Translations under genes and position numbers: made by a program
Notes under the pieces: model-generated
Seen by the model: only the letters and a program-made list of their open reading frames with translations
Told to the model about the DNA's origin: nothing
The model's database searches: none
Assembly (NCBI GenBank): GCA_910592345.1
Contig: CAJVPI010000131.1
Coordinates: 1 to 50,602, forward strand
Length of the DNA stretch: 50,602 bases
Source: Paraglomus brasilianum
Lineage: Eukaryota
Direction: 5' to 3'
In this document: in pieces, positions 12,051 through 23,600 of the stretch
Numbering within the stretch: the first letter of the stretch is position 1
Layout: the number at the start of each line of letters is the position of its first letter

Positions 12051-12271
12051 TGCACACAAAATTAATTGACATACCAAATTAATTGTTTACATGTCACAAC
12101 TTTATTATCGTCCTATCAAAAATATGCCGCATCTCAGCAGATGTGACACAGAAAAATTTAATGCCGCAAATTTCATTGTTCAGAACCATATTTAACAAAT
12201 TCATTGTTGCAAAAATGCCGCACCTGCATGAGATGAAAATGCCGCACTTGCATGATTCGGAAAATGTCGCA
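12051..12271. promoter_or_regulatory. Candidate metal-responsive upstream region of the metallothionein gene
   Basis: ATGCCGCA at 12124, 12161, 12215 and 12239, with variant ATGTCGCA at 12264. MRE-core-like TGCACAC at 12051-12057. All lie 130-350 bp upstream of the ATG. Confidence 0.4.
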
Positions 12272-14222
12272 CGAGAACACTTGCATACTTTAGTATGAAG
12301 CAAGAAAATGGCAATTTGTCTTACCTTGCATACGCCAGTGTGTTATCGTTTAAAAATGAATTTAGTCTTTGAACTTATCGATAGAAAAGTCCACAACTCT
12401 TTTTTTTTAGATAGAACAACCTCGGAATACTATCAAGTCTCTTGAAAGCAACTTTTTTTTTTTACATATGGGCTGAGCATGAAGTTTGCAACATTATCAC
12501 AAACAAGATTTGCAAATTACAAAGATTTAGTACAGTAAATTAGATTATCTCTTTTCATAAACGCACAAATAAGAGTTTTAAGAATAGATAAGGCTAACGG
12601 GGATTAGTAATGGGAATACAGCTATCTTTAGCATAAACATTTGACAAATAACAAGAAAAAAACCAGTTACATGCAAAATTAACAGATGTGAGGCTGGCGC
12701 CCCAATCTGCAAAATATCTCAAGTAGTCTCCGATAGTTATTCCGAAAATGGTGCCTTTAATATTAATATATTAAACATATAGTAAACATGACGCCTTTAT
12801 GGTCAAAAGTCCAAAGATATAATTATAACGCGTAAGACTAGCACATTCTAGTACATTATAGCATACAACATTCGTTATGTAAACGACCTTTCTACATAGA
12901 AGAGACTGTATGCCAATCATGCGCACATGCAATTTATGCATGATTGCTTTTTTGGCCTGTACATGGCGCAAACTTGTTATTTTTTTCAGATTATCATCCG
13001 CCACTATTTGGGGAATAACGTAACAATGGATTTTATTTTATTAAAAATTCTTGTATCGTTATCCAAACGACACAAATCCACAAGCGCACAAATAATGTCA
13101 TTGCAAAGTCACGTTTATACAGGTTTTTCCTTATCATTAATGGACACAAAAACGCCTCTTAATACTTGATTACAAAATGATAATGCCCCGATAATCACGC
13201 AAACAAGACAAATCAATAAGGAAATCTGTTATTATCCACTGTAACATCAAGATTATGTAAGCTGTACGCGGGCCTCTATCGCATCGGGTTGCTTGTAGGT
13301 GTCATGGTCTGGACCTAAATGTCCCATTGTGGCTAAGCAATCAAGTTTGATATGAACCTTCTGATGACTTGATTGGTTCGGTTTTCCTTACCTGTCTTCC
13401 AAGCTGAAACAGAAACCTCGGCAATTTGGAGTATCAATAAATATCGCAAGTATTTTGTCCTACTTTATTCTGATTAATTTACCGTCTATCTTATTATCAT
13501 ACACTGTATAACTAGTGAAAATAGAAAACACAACACGGAATGCTACTTTGCTACGCACCAAGTAGCTATAGAGTTCGCAAACGTCAAAGAAAAGACAATT
13601 AAACGACGGGTATATACTTCTGGAGCAATTATTCACTGACACATAAAGAGACGTGGAAGAATTAACCACATAAGATTAAAGCTTCTCATGTATTGATGAA
13701 ACATACACAGTTAAAGATTATGTAAACACCATATTAATGCAGATGTGATCTTGATCTTGATGATAGACAAACAGCACAGCATCGCATCGCCGATCACATA
13801 TTACGGTCACTCAGGGTCTCAGACCACTATATATGTATATTTTTGTCCATCCTTTGTAGATCACACCTAAGTGAAATTGATATTAACATATTTATAATGC
13901 AAATAGAAAAGTTCCATAAATGGTCCTTAAAGCATAACATAAGAGGTATTCAAAAGAATTGTTTTTCTATTTCCGTCGATTTCAGCAATCATCTTATTCC
14001 ACGAGCCCGATTTTCATTTCTTTCTATAGTAAAACGCCTGTAGATTTAAAGAATGGAAAACACATAATGTACGCATAATATATATAACATACATACAATC
14101 CGCATGTAGTTATATAGTCGAAAAATGCTTCACTTTATCGAAAACACTAATTGGCCAATTAAAATGCATATATTATCGTATAATAAAAATAGTATCTATC
14201 ATGTTCTGTAAATACTTCAAAC

Positions 14223-14394
14223 ATGACTGCACAAATCGAACCCAGGAAATATAGTACGGCTTTATCGTTATGTTATGCATGTCAGCTTTGTTTATTACGT
14301 GAGACAGATAATAAATTTGAGAGTTGTAATTGTAAAAGAGTGAAAGCTACGAATTATGTCGCATTATCTCCCCAAATCAGAAACAGGAAAAAAG
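14223..14394 (+). pseudogene. Cys-rich N-terminal fragment (CYACQLCL...CNC), truncated
   Basis: MTAQIEPRKYSTALSLCYACQLCLL...SCNCK followed by a GTAAGA donor; the gene is interrupted by the IS630/Tc1 relic. Confidence 0.3.
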
Positions 14395-14490
14395 TAAGAT
14401 ATTTGGTTATGATTCCAACTTTCGTGAAAAGCTTAATCTTCTTTTTGTTCCAAGTGCCACAGCAAATATGTACGGCTTGCAAAAGATAAC

Positions 14491-14616
14491 ATCCTTCGCG
14501 CTCTCATCAAGGAATATGAGTTGTTCGGGTGAATATTATTCTCCAATTTTAGTACGAAGCAATCCATTCCTTTCCATAGCGGCTTTACGTAAATCTTCAC
14601 TAATATCCTTTACCAT
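14491..14616 (-). mobile_element. Internally deleted IS630/Tc1-type transposase relic (same family as 4398-4790)
   Basis: MVKDISEDLR is fused directly to KAAMERNGLLRTKIGE*YSPEQLIFLDESAKD (first catalytic D motif). Upstream TAATCG repeats (14690-14740) resemble those at 4840-4870. Confidence 0.65.
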
Positions 14617-15369
14617 GCTGTGCCCAATAAAATTGCCAATATTGCTATACAACAGCTAAATGACAACAACTTTCGCTAGCATTCGCGCCTGTAATCGTCC
14701 AGTAACGCCCAGCAATGGTCAGTAATCGCCAGTAATCTCTCTATAAAAGCTAACACTAGAACTGCTCGTAAAGTGTTGAGTGCCGATCGCAGAAGTTTAT
14801 AGAGACTTGGTGTCGAGTGACTTGTGTGTGTACAAAATTTCAGGGATTTCTATTATTTTGAAAAGTGCGATAATAAAGTATGATTGTAATGAACTATAAA
14901 TCTTGTTTTTGATCTTTATCGGCGACATTATAGTGCATTATTGCCCCCACGAGGGAAATTTTGGAACCTAATTTTGCTTTTCGAGTTCGGTCAAATAGGT
15001 TCTTCTTGGCAACGTCATGATGTAATGTTATGTCGAGATCTGCCATCTTTAAGGTAGAGCGACCCCCGAGATGTACTGAGATGCTCGAACGATGAAGGTG
15101 CTGTATCATTGGATACTTGTGTGGTAGTCTTTATGGCGGCGACAGCCCTCAGCAATGTACGTGCATATGGGAGGCTCGTTGGGGATTTTGAGGAAATATG
15201 GCATTTGTATGCCTTTATCTGTAAAGGTGATACGTGATTAGTAATTGTAAACAGGCAGAGGCAGATAATAGTTTTACGAAAAAAAATTTTAGACATACAG
15301 TAAGCGTATTGGAGAGCAAGCAGTAAGTATACCGGCTACTTCTATAACGTCATCAGAAGTGAAAGACGC

Positions 15370-15700
15370 TGTAGTGTAGAAAAATGGGAGAAAGATATTT
15401 TCTTTTGGCATAAGGAACGTCTTGAATACATTCGGGTATTGGAGCAAGATGTATGTATGTTTCGATTATTTGGATTAGATTTGCAAGTATTGTATACCGC
15501 CAATTTTTAACGAGTTAGTCGGATGTGTTGTGAGTGGTATTTCTGGAAAAGATACTTGAAAAGGGTAGCTAGTGGTTTCATCCCTAACTGTCCATTTCGC
15601 TGAATGCGGATATACCATGCGCAAACAGTACGAACACGGAATACACGGAAATTGTGCATAATCGTTTTCATAAAGTGAGCGTAGGATCTTGTACAATGAA
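15370..15700 (-). mobile_element. Helitron-like RepHel N-terminal fragment
   Basis: FPCIPCSYCLRMVYP...KW...YPF and, after a frameshift, LAPIPECIQDVPYAKRKYLSPIFLH. This resembles the Cys-rich/DUF6570-like region upstream of fungal Helitron Rep domains (recalled similarity only). Confidence 0.45.
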
Positions 15701-15949
15701 TGGGAAGGCCGCCAATAGACGTTGTAAGAGAATCCTCGTGTAGGGATGGAGGCGTAGTAGAATCGGAATTTGCAAACGATGAATCGCCAGTATGAAAACT
15801 CGTTTCGTTTACATCGAGGAAGAATATATGTCAAATAAGTTGAAACTTGGTGATTTCATCAGGCATAAAAAAAGCTAATTGTAACCTTCGCTGTGTAACA
15901 TATTAATATCAAGCTGCGGATCAAATATTTAGCCTAGCAATTTTGGTTG

Positions 15950-16870
15950 GTCACGATACAGATATAGTAATAGGAAAACCATGAAGCGTAAAGCAGAAGT
16001 CAGTTTCGTCTAGCCGTTTTTAGTGTTAAATCGGGACACTGCTACAGATTAGTAATTTGTGATTGCGCAAATCAGCCTTTTTTAGCGTTAACTTTTAGCG
16101 TTAACACGATACAGATAGAAAAACATGGCGTAAACAGCAAGTCAGTTTTCGTTTTAGCTGTTTTTGGACACTAGCTACAGATTAGTAATTTGTGATTACG
16201 CAAGTCAGCCTTTTTTAGTGTTAACTTTTAGCGTTAACATGATACAGATAGAAAAACATGAGGCGTAAACAGCAAGTCAGTTTTTGTTTTAGCCGTTTTT
16301 GAACACTAGCTACAGATTAGTAATTTGTGACTGCGCAAGTCGATTTTTTGTTCAGCCATTTTTAGTGTTTTTTATATAATTTAGAACTTTATTGAGCCAT
16401 TTTTAGTGTTAAATCGGACAATAGTAATAGATACAGATGGTACTTGTGAAATAATAATGAGGCGTAGCATACACGAAATCGAAGTGATCGTACGTTATTT
16501 CGCTTATTTTTTTTAATGTTAGATAATACTTTGTGGAATCAAATTATGATAACATAGCATATACAAATCAAGTGATCGTAGGTCGATTTCGCTAATACTA
16601 AGCCTTTTTTAGTGTTAAATCGACAATAGAAATCAATGAGGCATAGCATATAGAAATCAAAGTGAGCAGATAATTTTTTATGAAATCAATGCAGGCGTGG
16701 CATACACAAATCAAAGTAATCGTATGCTTGCAATTCGGACAATATATACAGATAGTACTTTGTGAAGTAATCGCAATAATAAATCGGACAATAGATACAG
16801 ATGGTACTTTGTTAAAATCAAATCCATATATAATCATGATAAAGTTGAAGCGTAGCATACATGATATCGA
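15950..16870. repeat. Degenerate tandem repeat block (three ~130-150 bp units, then shorter related units)
   Basis: GATACAGATA...GCGTAAA...AAGTCAGTTT...GCTACAGATTAGTAATTTGTGA recurs at ~15955, 16108 and 16241. TTTTAGTGTTAAATCGGACA and GAGGCGTAGCATA recur to ~16860. Confidence 0.85.
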
Positions 16871-17319
16871 GCTGACCCCGTAAGGCGAAAAAGGGAAATG
16901 TGTAATTCATGAATATACAGTATAAGAAAATTGGGAAGTTTTTTTTATACAGAATCTGACGAAAGAAAAAGAAAACGTTCAAATGACGATTTTATGCCGA
17001 GAAAAAAAAATTATGTGAATGCTGCACATGCACAACAACAACAAATGGCAGTGTATTATTTTCTTCTTTTCATATAAAAGCACATGCTGGTGGCATGACT
17101 AATTCACTTGTCTGGGACATAAAAAATGATTGGACATGGACATGTACCTGTCCTGGACCCATGTCTGTGTCCGTGACTGCACTGGTATGATTTTGAGCGA
17201 ATATTCATAAAATGCACAAGTAAAAAGACGCAAAAAATGTTGTAGAGTCAATCAAACTGGCGCGTTCACTATTTTGAGTTTATACGCTTGTTCCTGCTAG
17301 ACAATTTAAATCAAGAAAG

Positions 17320-18426
17320 ATGGATGAGACAGTTGATAAGAGAGTTTGTAGAACCTTTCAAGTATTTTAATCTTTGCGCTATTTTGAAATGGTATATAGC
17401 TAACGAAACATTTTTATGTAGGAATCCAAGACAGGGGAGCCCAATATATATTCCGATAGAACCACCTCATTGTCGGCCAATTCCAATAATAATCATATGG
17501 GACGCAATAGCCCTTCTTTGGACAATATACATAATGAGAATGGAGTCTTACAAGTAAATGGAGCTTCATGACCAGAAGAAAAAATATCATTCCAGAATGC
17601 TAATTGTCTTGGCAGACAAAATTGCGATGATGGAACCGAATGTGTTGGGTATGTTCGGGGCGTCAGTTCGCAGTGGAATACAAACAGAAACAATAACGAA
17701 CAAGATGTTGTACGAGAACAGCAAATCAAAATAGCAATGTCGAGGGTGAGGATTATACCGATATTACAATGGTGCCATTCGAATGTTGGGACAACTGCGC
17801 CGAATCGGTGCCTTGGCGGACGAAAGAGAAGCCGAAGACACCGTGTCGTCTTGTGGTCCCGAACGTTCGATCTACCGAAGCAAGAATTCCGGAAAATCCA
17901 TTTATATTAGTCGAAACGATCGCAAATAAAAAAGATCGTAAACGCGTTGCACATTATCTTAACCGTAATATTGAAGGTGGTGATCCTTCTACTTGTATGT
18001 GTTATATGGAAATTGTTAAACGCTATGGTTTTGATCATATTATTATCATCGGGGAATGCTACGCTGGAATTCTTTTCCTGGACTGCTACGGTCGTGTGTT
18101 CGAATGGGACTCAATGTGTAATGTTTTATGGTCACTTGGGGATTATAGGAATGAGGCGACAAAGGAGTCTCGGACTGGGCGTGTAAGATGGGTTTTAGAG
18201 TTCGATGGGACTATTGTTGAATTTGAGGATGTTAAAGATGGTATGTCGAGATTTTATTCATTCTCTTTTTTATCTTGAATTTTACAATTAATTTCTTTTC
18301 TCCTAGATTCATCAAATAAACTAACCTTTGATAACCCCGCTACAAAAATGATTGATATTCACCCTGTTGCAAAGGAAAAAAAAAGAATTTGAAAAAAAAA
18401 AGAACTCGAAAAAGAAACAACATTGA
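17320..18426 (+). pseudogene. Disrupted gene with a C-terminal SUKH/US22-like domain
   Basis: ATG 17320, intron with GCTAAC branch point, in-frame TGA at 17569, frameshift near 17725. The C-terminal exon has IIIIGECYAGILFLDCYGRVFEWD. Last intron ~18241-18306, then a Lys-rich tail. Confidence 0.5.
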
Positions 18427-18924
18427 TCTGGTTTCTATGTCGTATTATTCTCAATTTCGATTATGTTTGCTATTAATATTACTCGCGTAAACAAATAATT
18501 AGTGGTCATTTGAATACACATAGCATGAGACAAATTTACTGTATTTTCTGTAATTTGCAGGCGTATATAATAAAGCAGATGGTTTGATAGCAAAGAAAGT
18601 ACTAGCAATAAGCTCTATTCCTCCCTTTAAACATGATCTACTCAATCATTTATATCGTTTAATTAGCCGACCTCTTACTTTCAATATATTCATTCTTTAA
18701 AAAATAGCTTAAATAGTCAAGTTTGAAGAAATAAAGATAAGATTTGACCTTCTTAATTATCTGTATGCGTGTATTTTATCGAACTCATGAGTCGCTGCAC
18801 GTCTGATAAATCATATTTTTTGGATTCATTTTAGCCCTATACTGGGGGGTGCGATCACTTTCGATAGTGAAAACACACAAACTTTAACCTCGATAACTTT
18901 TAAACGAAACAAGCTATGCTCATA

Positions 18925-19760
18925 AAGTCCAACAAGATTTCAAGGCCCTGCTGTGTGGATGCCATATGTCTTCACATGATCTAAGACATTGTAACCGAGT
19001 GAACCAAAATAAAGAAAGTTGGTAGTAAATATTGTTAGGACATCCTTTGCAATTAATTAGAGTACAAGAGTAAGCGAAGCTAATAATAAATGTCGCCGCT
19101 GATTTCAGCATCAGCTCCCACATCAGCACTCCGTAGTAGATGCAAGCTCTATGTTGATTGTCTATTTCACCTCCGATAAAACTGAATATAATAATAAGTA
19201 TAATATGGCTTTAATTAAGCTTTGTGTATTTTGATATTGATTTTTATCGCATGTAACATGGGCTTGCCTAAGCCACCACAAAATCCAGAAGCTAAAATTG
19301 TGTTTGTTTGGAATATGTCAAATGAGAATTATGTCATTCAGATTGGAACCAAGTACAGTACGACAACATTAGTAATCTGCTATATGATTAACTGATATTG
19401 TGCCTATTTGTTTGTACGATCAGTATCAGCTAAGCATGTGTTAAGTCATCAAATGAGATCTTGCATACTCATGTAACCAAATCTTCTATAAAAAGTCGTG
19501 AGGAACTAGTAGGTTTGAACATTGATTAGACCCGATTTATAAATCCAAATGACAATGAGATAGTGTTTGTATGAATGTTTTTATGGCATACAATCAAATT
19601 AGGCAATTCTATGTGGGGTGCTTTCTATAAGATCGACTTGGTAAATGAAGGTAGTGTAGCCGTTGTATTTGTGACGGTGCTTCCAGAATCAGCACGGATC
19701 CTTCCAGCCATTCGTAGACCAATAATTTGTTATCACATTTGTCTATTACTATGCATCGTA
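18925..19760 (-). pseudogene. Highly decayed protein-kinase-like remnant
   Basis: Scattered motifs in the expected order: LLVYEW (subdomain V-like), IYYGVLMWEL (IX-like), GCP...Y.L...KSCW (XI-like). No HRD or DFG motif recovered. Confidence 0.25.
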
Positions 19761-20111
19761 CCACTATAAACATGTATTCGCCATCATTTAATATGTTCGA
19801 TCTTGAAATTCTTAGACGGCGAGGATAATTCTTGAGTATCACATGATTGAGGGCCAGACTTTTGATCGGTTCTAGACTATGTGCAGAGTATGCCAGCTGT
19901 TTAGAAATTGGGTACATGTGTAGCAAGTATAACATGACAACTTCTTTTCCCTAAAAACTAAATCCTTTCACCTCTGTTTTTCTCGCAAGCAATGTAATTT
20001 ACTTTAATGGTTATCGTAGTCTTAATTGAAGCCCATTCTAGCCTATTATGGTCATCAATCAACACAATGCTGTAATAGCAGAGTCACAGGCAAAACAAGG
20101 CTGAATTTCGT

Positions 20112-20175
20112 GAGAAACACAGAGAGAAATACAGAGAGAAATACAGAGAGAAATACAGAGAGAAACACAGAGAGA
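20112..20175. repeat. 12-bp minisatellite GAGAAA(C/T)ACAGA x5
   Basis: Direct reading of tandem units about 450 bp upstream of the kinase ATG. Confidence 0.9.
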
Positions 20176-20623
20176 CTCTACCAACATTCTCTTATAACAA
20201 ATGCATCTCGTGTGACCAAACACTGACCCTAGAGCTGTTTTTCGGGAATTTATAAAAAATAAACCGAACAGCCAAAATGCCTAAATTGCAAAATTGTAAT
20301 CTTTTCCCTGTAACGCAACCCACTTGTTTCTCTAATTTAACGACTTACATAATATCATCGACTTACATGACCAAACATTAACGTTAATATAAATAATAAA
20401 TAAACCTGAATTGCAAATATTTGACATGTGCGTCGCTATCATAATAATCGGTCAAGTTTTGATTTAAAGTTGCATTTAATTTGCACCAATCATAGTTTCT
20501 CGAAAGGAAACCACCGTAGCCATAAATGTGAACTTTTAAGGCTTTTCTCAAATTATAATATAAGGCTCTTCGATACTACCAGTTCGCTCATGCATGTCTT
20601 ATGACTGTAAGAGGTGAACTTAG

Positions 20624-23600
20624 ATGCGGAATTTTATAACTACTCCAAATGCAGAACAAAAAGCTTCGAGCGATTTTAACGACGGAGTAACTGTGGCGGA
20701 ATTAATACCTTCCGTCGATTGGGCGTCCACTCCGCTGGGGTCTGTGAACAGTTGGCCTTTATGGCTAAAGTCTGTAGTGGTAAGTAGTAGTCGAGCTGAA
20801 GCATAGAAATCACATTGGGAAGAGCAATGAGAACGGGATATAAGCAACACGGCATAAAATGTTGATCAATTCATACAACAGTATTTGCAGCTAAAAAAGT
20901 GGGTTTCTCGCAGAGGTAATCAATTGTAACAATTCATAATATTCAGGATTTATGTCTTCACTCTGTGCTTCCCACCCAACTATATATTGGCCCCGAGAGG
21001 ACGGTTATACACAATCAAAGTAAGTACATAGTGAGCGATTACCGTGCATTCACATAAAGTGCTCGAATCATTCATTTCTATTCCATTTATTAGAGTGGAG
21101 AGATACTTTTCAGGCAACACATCCTTCTTGTAAGTCATTCGATACACTATAATTGTACGTGACGTTAGTAAAAGTCGTGTGGTATACTAACAAGATTCAT
21201 TAGGTTTGGGAAGGTCTGCGTTTGAAACGCTTACCGAAGAACTACTTCAGGCGTATGTTTTCATCACATTAACGAAATTTCCAATCAATCGTTTCCCCTA
21301 TCAGTAGTGATTGCTAATTTTTTTTGGCGCTATATATAGAGCTTTTGCTGGAAAAGCCCAATTCAAAAACGATTATCCTTTGCACGTTATGCGTTTTGGG
21401 TATATGGAAGAAGTATACTTTACACTCTCATTCAGTCCAATATTTACTGACACAGGGAGTATAGGGGGAGTAATCTGTATTCTGGAAGAGACAACAAGAA
21501 AAGTACTTTTGACCAGAAGGTTGAAGACGATAAATGATCTCACAGACGGAATACAAGGTACGTGAATATGTACTGTGTAAGACATACGGTGACAGTAAAA
21601 TCGCTCATGATCCGATATATTCACATAGGGGCGAGGTCTATAGCACATGCTTGCCGCTTAATCACCACAGTTCTCCAAGAGGATATGGGTATACCATTTG
21701 TCATACTATACCTCATTGAGAATCAAATAGTAGACTCTGAGTACAAACCAAAAAGTGTGCGACTAGAAGCTACAACATTCGATCGTGATCTAGTACCTGT
21801 CAAAAGCATGGACGGGACGGAAGAATATATGTACTTTCCTGGACAATCGAGCCGAGATTTGCCGAATTATTTGTTTGATACGCCTGATCTGATAGATTTG
21901 ACCGATTCCGAAGAAGATATTGATAGTACGACCGCGCACACTGTATCTGAACACTGGCCGATAAAACTTGCAATATCTAGCAACCAGAATGTAATTACCA
22001 GATTACGAGATAACTCGACGGCTGTATTATGTCCGATAACTTCACTAGTCGATGGGAAAAGTTTGTTGACTGCTGTGATGATATGTGGTGTTAATAAACA
22101 TTGGGTGCTCGATCAAGAATACAAGGAGTTTTTTCAGGTATGATTATTCTATTGTTTGAGAGTTTGTAGATATTATGTAGACCTTATATCGAAATTTGTT
22201 TTACTTTTGTAGCTTGTCATTGACCGAGTGAGCTCGTGTTTGACACGGAGTCGGATACGAGAAGCAGAACGAAAGCAAGCACATGACTTGGCCGATTTAG
22301 ATAGGCAAAAAATTTTATTCTTTCAAAATATCAGTCATGAATTACGAAGTATGCTATTTCTGTATGTCGCTATGTGCTTTACAAGATTTGCTATCGAGTC
22401 CGCTTAGAGCGTCCTAACTTAACCGATTGTCGAACTAGGTCCATTGAGTCTTATGCTTTTGCCTTTGGGAGAGGCAATGGAATTATGCCCAAGGGACTCT
22501 CAGACGATGGATCGTCTCAAACTAGTTCAAAATAATAACCGAAGACTGCTCAATTTAGTAAATACTTTGTTGCAGGTAATTTATTTACTAGATGACGTAT
22601 AAATATCGCATTGTTTGAGAAAATATTGACAATAATGCCACTTTTTTAGTTCGCTCACGCAGAAGCGGGCCGACATTACGCATGGTTTTGTGAGTCAGAT
22701 ATTGCAAGGCTGACAATGGAATTGGCAGCCAATTACGAAAGCATGACTAAATTTCTCGGACTTGATTACAAGCTTGGCATTACCAGCGATGAAGAACTTG
22801 TCCGCCAGATGAATCAGAAAGTATTTATAGACCGGGATATGTACGAAAAGATATTCTTTAATCTATGTAAATATAAACACTTATTATCATCTGACGTGAT
22901 ACAATTATTTTCTACCTTACGCTAATCTGTTCGTTATTCTTTAGGCTCAAACGCGTTTAACAATATAAGGACTGGTGGAGTGACTGTGCGACTATTTGCT
23001 GAAAAAAGGGAGGAGAGAGACGGTGTGGTACTCGAAGTATCTGATACAGGTACGGCGTCGATGTCAAATTCATTATATAGACTCGTGACGTGCATCTAAA
23101 CAACTGATGATTGTTGTTTATAGGCGTTGGCATACACAAAGAACATCTTTCCAAAATTTTCCAACGTTTCTACCGCATCGAATCACGACAACCACGCTGT
23201 CGTGAAGGCATTGGGATCGGTCTTGCCCTCGTTAAGGAGCTTGTCGCTCGACACGACGGTGATATTTCGGTCGAGTCTCAAGTGAATGAAGGCACCACCT
23301 TCCGCGTTTGGATTCCCGCTGGATTCGATCATCTCCCTCGGAAGCAGGTTCGCTTCGAAAACGATCAACAAGACTCTAGCTTTGCCCAATGTTTGTATTT
23401 GGGTGCAGAACTGTCAGAGTCAAGTCACGGATCAGGTGAAAATGATCCAATACAAGTTGATGACAATGGTTTGAAACGTATGCGATCATCATCAAGTATG
23501 GACACTGACTTTGACAATACACGAAAATATGTTCTGCTTGTCGACGATAATGCAGATATGAGGTTTGTTCAGTGCTTGTGTTATTGTTTCATATAATGAG

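Noticed and set aside
15950..16870. Possible CRISPR or guide array
   Set aside because: Whole units are homologous along their length, so this is a degenerate tandem repeat rather than repeat-spacer structure.
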